Assembly (NCBI GenBank): GCA_965222375.1
Contig: CBDCTZ010000016.1
Coordinates: forward strand, 864,001 to 928,000
DNA from: Polyangiaceae bacterium
Lineage (GTDB): Bacteria > Myxococcota_A > Polyangia > Polyangiales > Polyangiaceae
DNA: 64,000 nucleotides
Direction of reading: 5' to 3'
Each line of letters begins with the position of its first letter. Position 1 is the first letter of the stretch. The notes under the pieces are model-generated. The model had not been told where the DNA came from. It saw only the letters and a program-made list of their open reading frames with translations, and did no database searches. Position numbers and translations under genes: made by a program. Shown here in pieces: positions 8,981-17,495 of the stretch.

Positions 8981-11581
8981 ATGCGACTTTGTTCGAGACA
9001 TCGGGCGATCCGAGCCGTCTGCGGGGCCGCTGGGCGCTCGGTCGCTGTGAGTCTGCTTTTGCTGGCGAGCGTCGCCTGCGGTCCCAAGACGGGAGATGGG
9101 GAGCGTGCTCCGGCACTTGGAGGAAAGGGTGCGTCCAAGCCAAAGGGCAAGAGCCAGGACGGCGCTGGGCTTGCCGCAGAACGCGTTGCGAGTGTCCCCG
9201 CGGGGACGTTCGGCCCCTACCTGGCACGCCGTGGTGATGCTCGTTTGCTGGCTTGGGCATCCATGGACAAGAGTGTTCGAACCTGGCGCTGTGTGGTGCT
9301 CGATCCGAAGGGCAAACCCGTCGGCGCACCAAGAGTTCTGGGCAGGGCTCCGGAGAACGTTGGCCTCGTCTCCCTCGAGGCCACGCCGAAGGGGTTCGTG
9401 TTGGTTGCGTCTTCGGCGACGCAGCCCGTGAAGCTCGAGGCCTTCAGCCTCGACTCGCAAGGCAAGAAGATTGCAGGGCCGCAGACTCTGGCAGAGGAGC
9501 CGGGCGAGCTCCTCTGGGTCGATTGGGTCAACACGGCCAAGGGTCCGTTGGCGTTGTGGGCGCTACGCAAGGAGAGCGCCAAGTCCGATCGCGCGGACGT
9601 CTACGCGCGGGGGCTTCGCTCCGCGTCGGTGCAGCGTGTCGTCGATCAAGTGCGGGCTTGGCAGACGTCACCCTTCGGCGACGGAGCGGCACTCGCGGTG
9701 GTGCGTGCGACTGGCACCGAACTGGGGCCTGTCGATGTGCTGCGCCTGGACGCTGATGGGCGCACGACGTCGACGGTGCATGTCACAACGTCTGCAAGTG
9801 CAGAGCCGGATGTCGACATGGTGCCGCTAGGTGGCAGTTTGGTGCTCGCGTGGACGGACCGATCGGGTTTGGAAACTCGCGTTTTGAGCGGCGCCATTGG
9901 TGCCGACGGAAAGCTCGCTGCGAAGCCAAAACCCTTGGCAGACCCCCGGGGTGATCAGGCACTGATTCGACTGGTCCCACCCCAAGAACCCGGCGAACGG
10001 GTGGCTTTTGCGGTATGGGAGGACGCCATCGATCAACTCCCGGACACTCGGCGCCTGCGAGTGGCGCGGATTGGTCCGGATGCGCGTGCGAGCAAGGAGC
10101 GCGCATTGCTCGATTTTGGGAGCGTCGAAGGGGGTGTGCCCGAACTCGCAACGAGCAGCAAAGGTCTGACCGCTCTCACCTTGGCGCGACCCTGTGAGCG
10201 CGGCGCGAGTTGCGATGCTCCGCCGGTTGCCAGCCTCGTGGAGTTGGATCAACAGCTCAATCCAGTCTTGGCGACACCGCTCGAGCTCGCGCCACTCGGG
10301 GGCAAGGCTGCGCCCTTGGCTTGGGGACTGACTTGTGGGCCTTCGCGTTGCCTGGTGCTCTCCGCGACGGATGGGGCGCCGGCACAGGTGTACGCGGTGC
10401 GGCCGGACGGTGCGGAGTCGCGGTGGAAACCCGCTGCCGAGCGTGAGGCGACGACTGCGCCGCCCGCGCTGGCGTCTCTGTCGTCGATTGCTCGCTTGGA
10501 CGCACCCCTTTCCGCTGTCGCGACGACGGAGCAGGGGGACAAGAGCATCGTCGCTTGGGTGTCGTTTTTCGATCCAACGGCGCCCTGGAAGCGTCTCAAG
10601 AAGCCGGCAAAGGATGGTCGCTTCGATCCGCCCCGCGCGCTCTTGGCGACAGGACGCCTCGGGTCAACGATGCGGCACACGATTTCGTTTCGCGCTCGGT
10701 CAACGGGCGGGGTTGCGATTGCCAGTGACCAGGGAGCTCACGGCGAATCCCTTCTGGTGTGGACGGCCATCGACAACCAAGTCCCGCAAGTGTTCACGAC
10801 GGTTGTGGACGCAGATGGCAAGAAGCTGCGCCAACGCATGTTGACCCGTGCCAAGGGCGAGAAGGCTGATCTGAGTGTCGCTCGCGTGTCTGACGGCTGG
10901 ATCGCGACCTGGGTGGACGAGCGCGGCGGCAAGCCCGAGGTATATGCCGCGAAGGTCAATCGCTTCTTGCAACGTGCCGGGCCGGAGCGACGCTTGGGCC
11001 CCGCAGGCGGCGCGCCGTCTGCGCTCACGACCGTTGCCAGCCGCAATGACGTGCTGGTGGCCTGGGTAGCGGCCCCTCCGGCGGGGCAGGCTAGCGTGCG
11101 CGTCCAGCGCCTCTCGGCCAGGGATGCATCGACGAGAGGAGAGGCGAAGCCGATTCGAGGCGTGGTCGCGCCGCTCTCCCCCGTGTTGGCGCGCACGAGC
11201 AGGGGAATCGTCCTGGGCTGGCTCGAACCGAAGGCCGCCGGTCACGCTAGCGCCCGGTTGGAGCTGCTCGCCGCGGATGGGCTGACATCAGCTTCGGGCC
11301 TCGATTGGCCCCTCGACACGGACGCGGTGGGACTGGATATTCGCTGCACAGCTGGCATGTGTCGACTTGTCGCGGTCGGTGCAGAGGGCGCCCGAGGTGC
11401 ACTGTACGTCTCGAGCTGGCGGGTTGGTGGCGGTGCGCCGACGCCCGCGAAACGGATTGCGGCCCAGACGGGCGCGGCAGTGCGGTCCACGCGGCCCCAA
11501 CTGGCGGGTTCGGGCCTCGTGGTTGCCGATCAGAGCAATGGGCGAGGCGTTGTTCGCTACGCACAGGTGAAGTGGAAGTGA
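8981..11581 (+). CDS. Large hypothetical lipoprotein, probably beta-propeller-like
   Basis: Long ORF with typical codon use; LLLLASVAC lipobox; repeated LAW/VAW/AVW beta-strand motifs. Confidence 0.7.
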   Translation: MRLCSRHRAIRAVCGAAGRSVAVSLLLLASVACGPKTGDGERAPALGGKGASKPKGKSQDGAGLAAERVASVPAGTFGPYLARRGDARLLAWASMDKSVRTWRCVVLDPKGKPVGAPRVLGRAPENVGLVSLEATPKGFVLVASSATQPVKLEAFSLDSQGKKIAGPQTLAEEPGELLWVDWVNTAKGPLALWALRKESAKSDRADVYARGLRSASVQRVVDQVRAWQTSPFGDGAALAVVRATGTELGPVDVLRLDADGRTTSTVHVTTSASAEPDVDMVPLGGSLVLAWTDRSGLETRVLSGAIGADGKLAAKPKPLADPRGDQALIRLVPPQEPGERVAFAVWEDAIDQLPDTRRLRVARIGPDARASKERALLDFGSVEGGVPELATSSKGLTALTLARPCERGASCDAPPVASLVELDQQLNPVLATPLELAPLGGKAAPLAWGLTCGPSRCLVLSATDGAPAQVYAVRPDGAESRWKPAAEREATTAPPALASLSSIARLDAPLSAVATTEQGDKSIVAWVSFFDPTAPWKRLKKPAKDGRFDPPRALLATGRLGSTMRHTISFRARSTGGVAIASDQGAHGESLLVWTAIDNQVPQVFTTVVDADGKKLRQRMLTRAKGEKADLSVARVSDGWIATWVDERGGKPEVYAAKVNRFLQRAGPERRLGPAGGAPSALTTVASRNDVLVAWVAAPPAGQASVRVQRLSARDASTRGEAKPIRGVVAPLSPVLARTSRGIVLGWLEPKAAGHASARLELLAADGLTSASGLDWPLDTDAVGLDIRCTAGMCRLVAVGAEGARGALYVSSWRVGGGAPTPAKRIAAQTGAAVRSTRPQLAGSGLVVADQSNGRGVVRYAQVKWK

Positions 11582-11623
11582 ACGCGCTGTGACGAGCTGG
11601 CGCGAATTGGAGCAATGCCGGGT

Positions 11624-11750
11624 TCACCCGGGTTGTTGGTCGTGAGGACTGCTGTCGCGCCAGAGTCGGGGCCCCACCAATCAACCCGGGTGAGCAGAAA
11701 ATTGGTGATCAGAAATTGGTGAGGGCGGTCACCAATCAACCCCGGTGAGG
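11624..11750. repeat. REP/REPIN-like inverted repeat cluster upstream of the Y1 transposase
   Basis: TCACCCGGGTTGTTGGT (11624-11640) is inverted to ACCAATCAACCCGGGTGA (11676-11693); a third variant at 11731-11750; two ATTGGTGA copies between them. Confidence 0.75.
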
Positions 11751-11872
11751 GCCGATCGAGGTGGCCGAACGTTGCGGCTGCGAAAACCACGCTTCACGGG
11801 CGCGATGGCTGGAACCTGGTCGCTATTGTATGTTTTCGAGCAACCCGAACTCGTGTCGCCCGATACAGGTGC

Positions 11873-12778
11873 ATGACAACTCCTCGGCAAGTGCTACCCG
11901 GCTCGACGTACTTGATCACGCGTCGCTGCACTCAGCGGCAGTTCTGGCTCAGGCCCTCGAAACTCGCCAACCAGATTTTCGCCTATTGCGTGGCCCACGC
12001 GGCTGAGTTGACAGGTGTGCAGGTGCATGCCGTCTGCGTGATGTCCAACCATTGGCACGCTGTCGTGACTGATCCGAGCGCCCGGCTACCAGAGTTTCTG
12101 CATTGGGTTCACAAGTACGTGGCGAAGTGCATCAACGCGGCATACGGACGCTGGGAGAACCTGTGGGCTTCGGAGCCGCCAAGCGCGGTGCGGCTCGAGG
12201 GCGATGACGATGTTCTCCAGAAGGTCGCGTATACACTTGCAAATCCGGTAATCTCTGGACTCGTGGAAAGCGGCAAGCGATGGCCAGGCTTGTGCAGCAC
12301 GCCAAGTGACCTCGCGGGCGGAACACTCCATGTCATGAGGCCTGCCGTGTTCTTTCGAGCCTGTGGAACGATGCCCAAATCCGCAACGCTTCGAATAGTT
12401 CGTCCGCCGATCTATCTGAGCCGGCCAGATGATGAGTTGGTCAACCTCGTGAAAAGGGTCGTTGCGGATAAGGAGGCTGGCGTGCGCGCAGCCTTCGCGC
12501 GGGCGGGTCGGGCGTTTCTCGGCGTCCGCGCGATTCGTTCACAGCGTCTCTCAGACCGGCCACGTGGCAAGGAACCTAGACGAAAACTCAATCCGAGAAT
12601 CGCTAGCCGCGACAAATGGCGGAGAATTGAAGCGCTCAGGCGCGTCCGCGGGTTCCTGACCGAGTACCGCCAGGCGTACGAACGGTGGAAATGCGGCGTC
12701 CGTGACGTTGTATTCCCACACGGCAGCTATGCGATGCGCGTTCATCAAGGCGTGGTCGTCGCTACCGCAGGGGGGTAG
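11873..12778 (+). CDS. HUH/Y1 tyrosine transposase, RAYT-like (IS200/IS605 superfamily)
   Basis: TYLITRRC N-terminal motif, HUH in CVMSNHWH, catalytic Tyr region YTLANPV...GLV, W..S motif. Confidence 0.88.
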   Translation: MTTPRQVLPGSTYLITRRCTQRQFWLRPSKLANQIFAYCVAHAAELTGVQVHAVCVMSNHWHAVVTDPSARLPEFLHWVHKYVAKCINAAYGRWENLWASEPPSAVRLEGDDDVLQKVAYTLANPVISGLVESGKRWPGLCSTPSDLAGGTLHVMRPAVFFRACGTMPKSATLRIVRPPIYLSRPDDELVNLVKRVVADKEAGVRAAFARAGRAFLGVRAIRSQRLSDRPRGKEPRRKLNPRIASRDKWRRIEALRRVRGFLTEYRQAYERWKCGVRDVVFPHGSYAMRVHQGVVVATAGG

Positions 12779-12937
12779 CGCTGCGTGAATTGATGGTTCC
12801 GGAAAATCTGCGGCACCCGGTTCCGGAAAATCTGCGGCTCCTGGCGGAAAGGAGCATGCAGGATGATTTGGACGTTGATTTTCGCGATCATGGGGTTGCT
12901 GATGTCTACGGGGAGTACGCCGCGCGATCAGGGAGGG

Positions 12938-14437
12938 ATGCTCTGCCAGCTGAAGCGGCATGAGGTACAGGTCTTGTTGCGCGCCGGGTTCACGCCCGCC
13001 GACGTGGCGAAACGGGCGCAGGTCTCAGACGATAGTGTCCGGCGAATTCAGAAAGAGGAAGCTGTCGAGCACACGGACGATGCGGCAGCGCACACGCAGA
13101 GACGCATCGGTCGTCCGTCCAAGACGGCGAAGCTGACCGAGCGGGTCAAGAAATGGCTCGACGAGGATCCCGGTCTACCGACGCAGGAGCTGCTGCGTCG
13201 CGCGAAGGAGGCGGGGTACGCCGGCAAGAAGAGCGCGTTCTACGCGCTCGTTGCTGGACTGCGCCCTCCGCGAGGCGCACCGGTCGTTCGCTTCGAGGGG
13301 CTACCCGGGGAGTTCTCGCAGCATGACTTCGGGCATGTCGACGTGCGGTTCGTCGACGGCCGAAAACAACGGGTGCACTTCTTCGCGTCGCGGCTGAAGT
13401 ACTCACGGTACGCACGCGTCACGCTCGTCGACAACGAGCGCGTCGAGACGATCCTGCGTTGCCTCGCACGGGACTTCGTCGCCTTCGGCGGCCTGCCGCT
13501 CATGGCGGTGTTCGATCGCCCCAAGACGATCGTGAAGAAGAGCGGCAAGGGCCGCGACGTCGAGGAGTTCAACCAAGTTTTCGCACAGGCGATCGTCGAC
13601 ATCGGCGTGGGTGTCGAGATGTGTGCTCCGCGCAGCGGAAACCAGAAAGGCTCCGTCGAGCGTCTGGTGGGTTGGGTGAAGAGCTCGTTCTTCAAGCACC
13701 GCAAATTCCAGGACGAGGACGATTTGCGGGCGCAGCTCGAAGCCTGGCATACCGAGATCAACACGCAGACGCCGTCGCGTGCGACAGGCGTAATTCCGGA
13801 AACTCGGCGCCAGGAGGAGCTCCCGCGCCTCCGCCCGGTGAAGGTCTTTCCGGAAACCCTCGCGCTACGGATCCCAGTGTTCGTTGGGCCCACGGCGGAA
13901 GTGATGTTCGAAGGCGCGCCATACTCGATGCCGCCCAAGGCCGCCCATGTCGCCGGCACGCTGTTCTTGTACGAGCGCGAGGTGCACATCGTCGCGGGAC
14001 GATTCGAGGCGCGCCATCGTAGACGCACGAAGGACGAGCCGCCGGCACCGCTGCCCCAGCATCGTGCCGAGAAGATCGCCGCCGTGCACGGCACTCGGGC
14101 CAAGCTCTACGAGAAGCGGCAACAGGTGCTCAACCTCGGACGAAACGCCCTCGAGGTCCTCACCGAGATCACGCACCGCGAGCCGAGACTTGCGAGTCGC
14201 CGCGTCGATGAGCTCTACGCGATGCTCGAAAAGCACGGCGACGATGCTCTGCGCGCCGCGCTCCATCACGCTGTGGAAAGCGGACAGCTCTCCGTTGCCG
14301 GTGTGCGTCGCGCGCTCTCGTCGAGTGCCCGACAGGGCGATGGCGACAGCCCCGTTGGGGCGCAATCGCCCAGCGATGCCGGGTGCCAGATGGCGATTGC
14401 TTTCCCCCACCTGGCTGCGCGAGGAGGTGTCTCGTGA
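12938..14437 (+). CDS. istA: IS21 DDE transposase
   Basis: RFEGLPGEFSQHDFG, FDRPKT and KGSVERLVGWVK motifs; GGAGGG RBS before ATG 12938. Confidence 0.95.
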   Translation: MLCQLKRHEVQVLLRAGFTPADVAKRAQVSDDSVRRIQKEEAVEHTDDAAAHTQRRIGRPSKTAKLTERVKKWLDEDPGLPTQELLRRAKEAGYAGKKSAFYALVAGLRPPRGAPVVRFEGLPGEFSQHDFGHVDVRFVDGRKQRVHFFASRLKYSRYARVTLVDNERVETILRCLARDFVAFGGLPLMAVFDRPKTIVKKSGKGRDVEEFNQVFAQAIVDIGVGVEMCAPRSGNQKGSVERLVGWVKSSFFKHRKFQDEDDLRAQLEAWHTEINTQTPSRATGVIPETRRQEELPRLRPVKVFPETLALRIPVFVGPTAEVMFEGAPYSMPPKAAHVAGTLFLYEREVHIVAGRFEARHRRRTKDEPPAPLPQHRAEKIAAVHGTRAKLYEKRQQVLNLGRNALEVLTEITHREPRLASRRVDELYAMLEKHGDDALRAALHHAVESGQLSVAGVRRALSSSARQGDGDSPVGAQSPSDAGCQMAIAFPHLAARGGVS

Positions 14438-15213
14438 CCGTCGTGCTCGATTCCGACATCGACCTCGACGCGATGCTGAAGCGGCTACACCTGGCCAATG
14501 CACGGCGCGTGTGGCGCGACCTCGTCCAACGTGCCGAAAAAGAGCAGTGGACCCATGACCAGCTCCTGCAGACGCTCTTCGAAGAGGAGGTCGCCCACCG
14601 CCGCGGCACGCGTCTCACGCGCGCGGTGCGTGCAGCGGCGTTTCCCTTCCTGCGCACCGTCGAGGAATTCGACTTCACCTACCAATCGACGTTGCGCCTC
14701 ACAACCATCGGCTCGCTTCTGGCGCCGGACTTCGTGACCGAAGGGCGTTCCGCAATCCTTCTCGGCAAACCCGGCCGTGGCAAGACGCACCTCGCGATAG
14801 CGATCGCGTACCGCGCCGTACAGAACGGATTCGACGCGCGCTTCACCACTGCTGCCGAGCTCATCGATCACCTCTCCTCCGCAAGTCGAGAAGGAAAAAT
14901 GCGGGAGACGATCGCCACCTACGTACGCCCCCACGTTTTGGTCGTGGACGAAGTTGGCTATCTCGCGTACGGCAACGACGCTGCCAACGTCTTCTATCAC
15001 GTTGTCAACGACCGCCACATTCGCAGGCGCGCCATGGTCTTCACGACCAACAAGCACCCCAAACGCTGGGGCCAGGCCCTCCACGACGATGACCTCGCCG
15101 AGGCCATTGTCGACCGCATCCTCGAGCGCGGGCGCCTGCTACGCTTGGACGGTCCCTCGGTACGAACCAAACACCCCCCCCCGCGACGAGTTCGAAAATG
15201 GGGATCAGGATGA
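14434..15213 (+). CDS. istB: IS21 ATP-binding helper protein
   Basis: Walker A GKPGRGKT, Walker B LVVDEVGY, TTNK, AIVDRIL; GTG start overlaps the istA stop, GAGGAGG RBS. Confidence 0.95.
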   Translation: MTVVLDSDIDLDAMLKRLHLANARRVWRDLVQRAEKEQWTHDQLLQTLFEEEVAHRRGTRLTRAVRAAAFPFLRTVEEFDFTYQSTLRLTTIGSLLAPDFVTEGRSAILLGKPGRGKTHLAIAIAYRAVQNGFDARFTTAAELIDHLSSASREGKMRETIATYVRPHVLVVDEVGYLAYGNDAANVFYHVVNDRHIRRRAMVFTTNKHPKRWGQALHDDDLAEAIVDRILERGRLLRLDGPSVRTKHPPPRRVRKWGSG

Positions 15214-15267
15214 CCCGGGAAGCCGCAGAATTTCCGGAACGCACGTGAATCGCGACAGTTCGATCGG

Positions 15268-15600
15268 CTAGTTGGCGGGTTGGTCGGTTCCGAACTCGCG
15301 CAACTCCATCGGCGTCAGGCCAAACTTACCGCGGCAGTAGCCATGACACTCGGCGGCTTTTACGTCGGCCCAGTACATCACCAGCGCGCTGGCTCCGAGC
15401 AAGAGCCATGCGCCGTAGTTGATGACGGTGGCCACGCTTCCGTCCGCCCAGGCGCGGGGATTGTGAAACACGATCAGCGTCAGGACCGCCAAGGCGAACG
15501 CGATGAGCCCGCGGTTCTTCAGCCCGCGACGTTCCCAAAACAGTCTGGCTTCTGTGGGCTGCGACTTGGGTGCTTTCGATTCGGGCTTCTTGAGGCTCAT
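15268..15600 (-). CDS. Small hypothetical membrane protein (2 TM)
   Basis: Two hydrophobic segments; directly follows the upstream minus-strand ORF. Confidence 0.5.
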   Translation of the reverse strand: MSLKKPESKAPKSQPTEARLFWERRGLKNRGLIAFALAVLTLIVFHNPRAWADGSVATVINYGAWLLLGASALVMYWADVKAAECHGYCRGKFGLTPMELREFGTDQPAN

Positions 15601-15609
15601 CCGCCCACG

Positions 15610-16889
15610 CTACTGCGCGAACACCTTGTCGACCAAGAGTGGATCGCCCCAGCCGTGGCACGAGGTTGCGCCTTCTATGGAAAACCCGACCTTGGAGCAA
15701 CCGCTCACCTCGTAGACCCAATCTTGAACTTCCTGGCCGTTGACGAAGCTTCCTCCCTTGGAAGCGGACAGCCGAGTGCCATCTTCCGCGATCACCTCGA
15801 CACGCGACGCAGACGGCGAGTTGAATGCCGGTTCCCGGAGGCGCATCGACAGGACGACCTCCTTCTTGTTGGTCGTGTCCAGTTGCCCCGCAATCCCGTT
15901 GTAGGAGCAGCCGCTCAACTCGACACAGCCAAGAGTCTTACACGCTCCCAGATTGCAAGGCGCGACGTACCCAAGCTTCGCCAGCGTGCTGAGATCGGAC
16001 ATGTCGTGCATCGCAATGGCGGCGCCGATGTCAATCACGTCCAGGGTTGCGGAGGTGGACCCGAAGTCGGCGCCATCCAGCAGCCTGAGACCTTTGGTAG
16101 CACTGATCGTTGCGGTCTTGCCTCGCACGTCGTCCCACTTTCCCGCAAAGGTCGCGTCCGCCTGTACGACGCCAACTGCATCCGTCTCGGTCACGTCCTT
16201 GAAGGTCCAACGCTCGTCGGGCCTTCAAGATGCGACGCCAAGGTCGGCACGGGTGGAAACGCGCCGACTGGAGTCGCGGCCCACGGGAGCATTCTCTTGT
16301 CCAGATCCAGCTCGGCTGGCTCCGGCTGCCGAAGTTCGATCTTCCAGGTAAGGCTCTCCTCGCCCCAGACGTCCTCTTCATCCCAGCGGTAGAAGACGGC
16401 TGTCTCGCCGCTGCCGCTAAGCTCCGTTTGGTTGTGGCCGAGACGGATCTCTTTCCACGCGTAGAGATGGAACGTGGTCAGGCTGCTGCTACCGCCCTTC
16501 GCTGGTTCGCCGTTGGGTCGGAGTGTGACCAGGTTCTCACCAAAGCTCACACTATACGACCGAGCCGGATACCCCTGCACCGCAACGACCGCGGTGCAGC
16601 TCTCCCCCTCCGTTCTGAGCAGTAGGTACGGATCGCGAAAGTACGAGCCGGGCGTGGATGAGAAGATTCGGTACGCTTTCTCGAGCCCTCGACAACCCGT
16701 TTGCTGTGGGTTGCCTCCGGTGCCGAGGCCACCTGTGCCCGCGCCACCGGTACCCTGCCCGGCGCTACCTCCGGCCGAAGGGCTATCACTGCTTGTGGAT
16801 CTGCAACCTCCGAGCAAGAGCAGTGCGGCCCCGCGCAAGAGCGGTGCGAGGTAAGAACGTTTGCGAGTATTCGTGAGCAAGTGCGCCAT
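15610..16889 (-). CDS. Hypothetical lipoprotein, apparently split by a 1-nt frameshift near 16220 (ORFs 16191-16889 and 15610-16194)
   Basis: LLLLGGC lipobox plus Gly-rich linker; the downstream frame stays open upstream of its GTG (WTFKDVTETD). Confidence 0.55.
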
Positions 16890-16902
16890 GCACGGCACTA
16901 AC

Positions 16903-16918
16903 AGCAACCCACGTGCCC
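16903..16918 (-). promoter_or_regulatory. Putative sigma54 (-24/-12) promoter
   Basis: Minus strand GGGCACGTGGGTTGCT versus consensus TGGCACG-N4-TTGCW with exact GG-N10-GC spacing; ATG 16889 lies about 4 nt after the predicted +1. Confidence 0.6.
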
Positions 16919-17137
16919 GTGCGGCACGTGTCAAGTTGTGCCAGAAGACGCCAAGCGTTAGCCACCATTGCGGGGACATCAGCACCGCCATCGAAATGTT
17001 CCCGTGAGGACGAAACGCCAGTCCCGAAGCTCGTGCGCCAAACTGTGACGGGATGCCTATTGGGCACGCTCCAACCCGGGTGTGGTCACGTGGGGGGCGG
17101 CGATTGGGTGGGGGCCATCAACCAGGGTGGAAGCGCG

Positions 17138-17271
17138 CCCCGGGTGAGGTGCACACCAACCCGGGTGAGGTTGATTCACACCAACCCGGGTGAGGTTGAT
17201 TCACACCAACCCGGGTGAGGTTGATTCACACCAACCCGGGTGAGGTTGATTCGGGTGAGGTGAGGTTGATT
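17138..17271. repeat. Tandem array of 4 perfect 25-bp units (CACACCAACCCGGGTGAGGTTGATT) with degenerate flanks
   Basis: Units at 17152, 17177, 17202 and 17227; no spacers; contains the dispersed CAACCCGGGTG core. Confidence 0.95.
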
Positions 17272-17495
17272 GTGGAAGTAGGTCGAGAGGGGGCGCCGTT
17301 CAGGCGTGATGGCGGCACAAGTATCTGTAATTGTTGAACTAACCGCGGCGTATATAGTAATCAAAGGTGCGCATCACACCTACATGTGCTACCTGGAGCG
17401 CTGACTTGCACCGCAAGGCCGCTTTCCCAGTTTCGCCTAGAGCGAGACTGCCGGTTCGAAGGCGCGACCTCAGTGAGTGGAGTCAGGGATATCCC

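Larger units (their letters stand above)
12791..15243 (+). mobile_element. Complete IS21-family insertion sequence (2453 bp)
   Basis: TG...CA ends; GGTTCCGGAAAATCTGCGGC twice at the left end (12795, 12819) and an inverted copy at 15222-15240; 7-bp direct repeat CGTGAAT at 12784-12790 and 15244-15250. Confidence 0.95.

Noticed and set aside
8915..9460. N-terminal extension of the histidine kinase to 737 aa
   Set aside because: Overlaps the divergent lipoprotein gene; the real start is more plausibly 8914, just before the first TM helix
11873..12778. IS200/IS605 element with tnpB or an RNA-guided nuclease
   Set aside because: No TnpB/IscB ORF nearby; the downstream DNA is an independent IS21 with its own target duplication
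17152..17251. CRISPR array
   Set aside because: Units are directly adjacent with no unique spacers, and no cas genes are in the window
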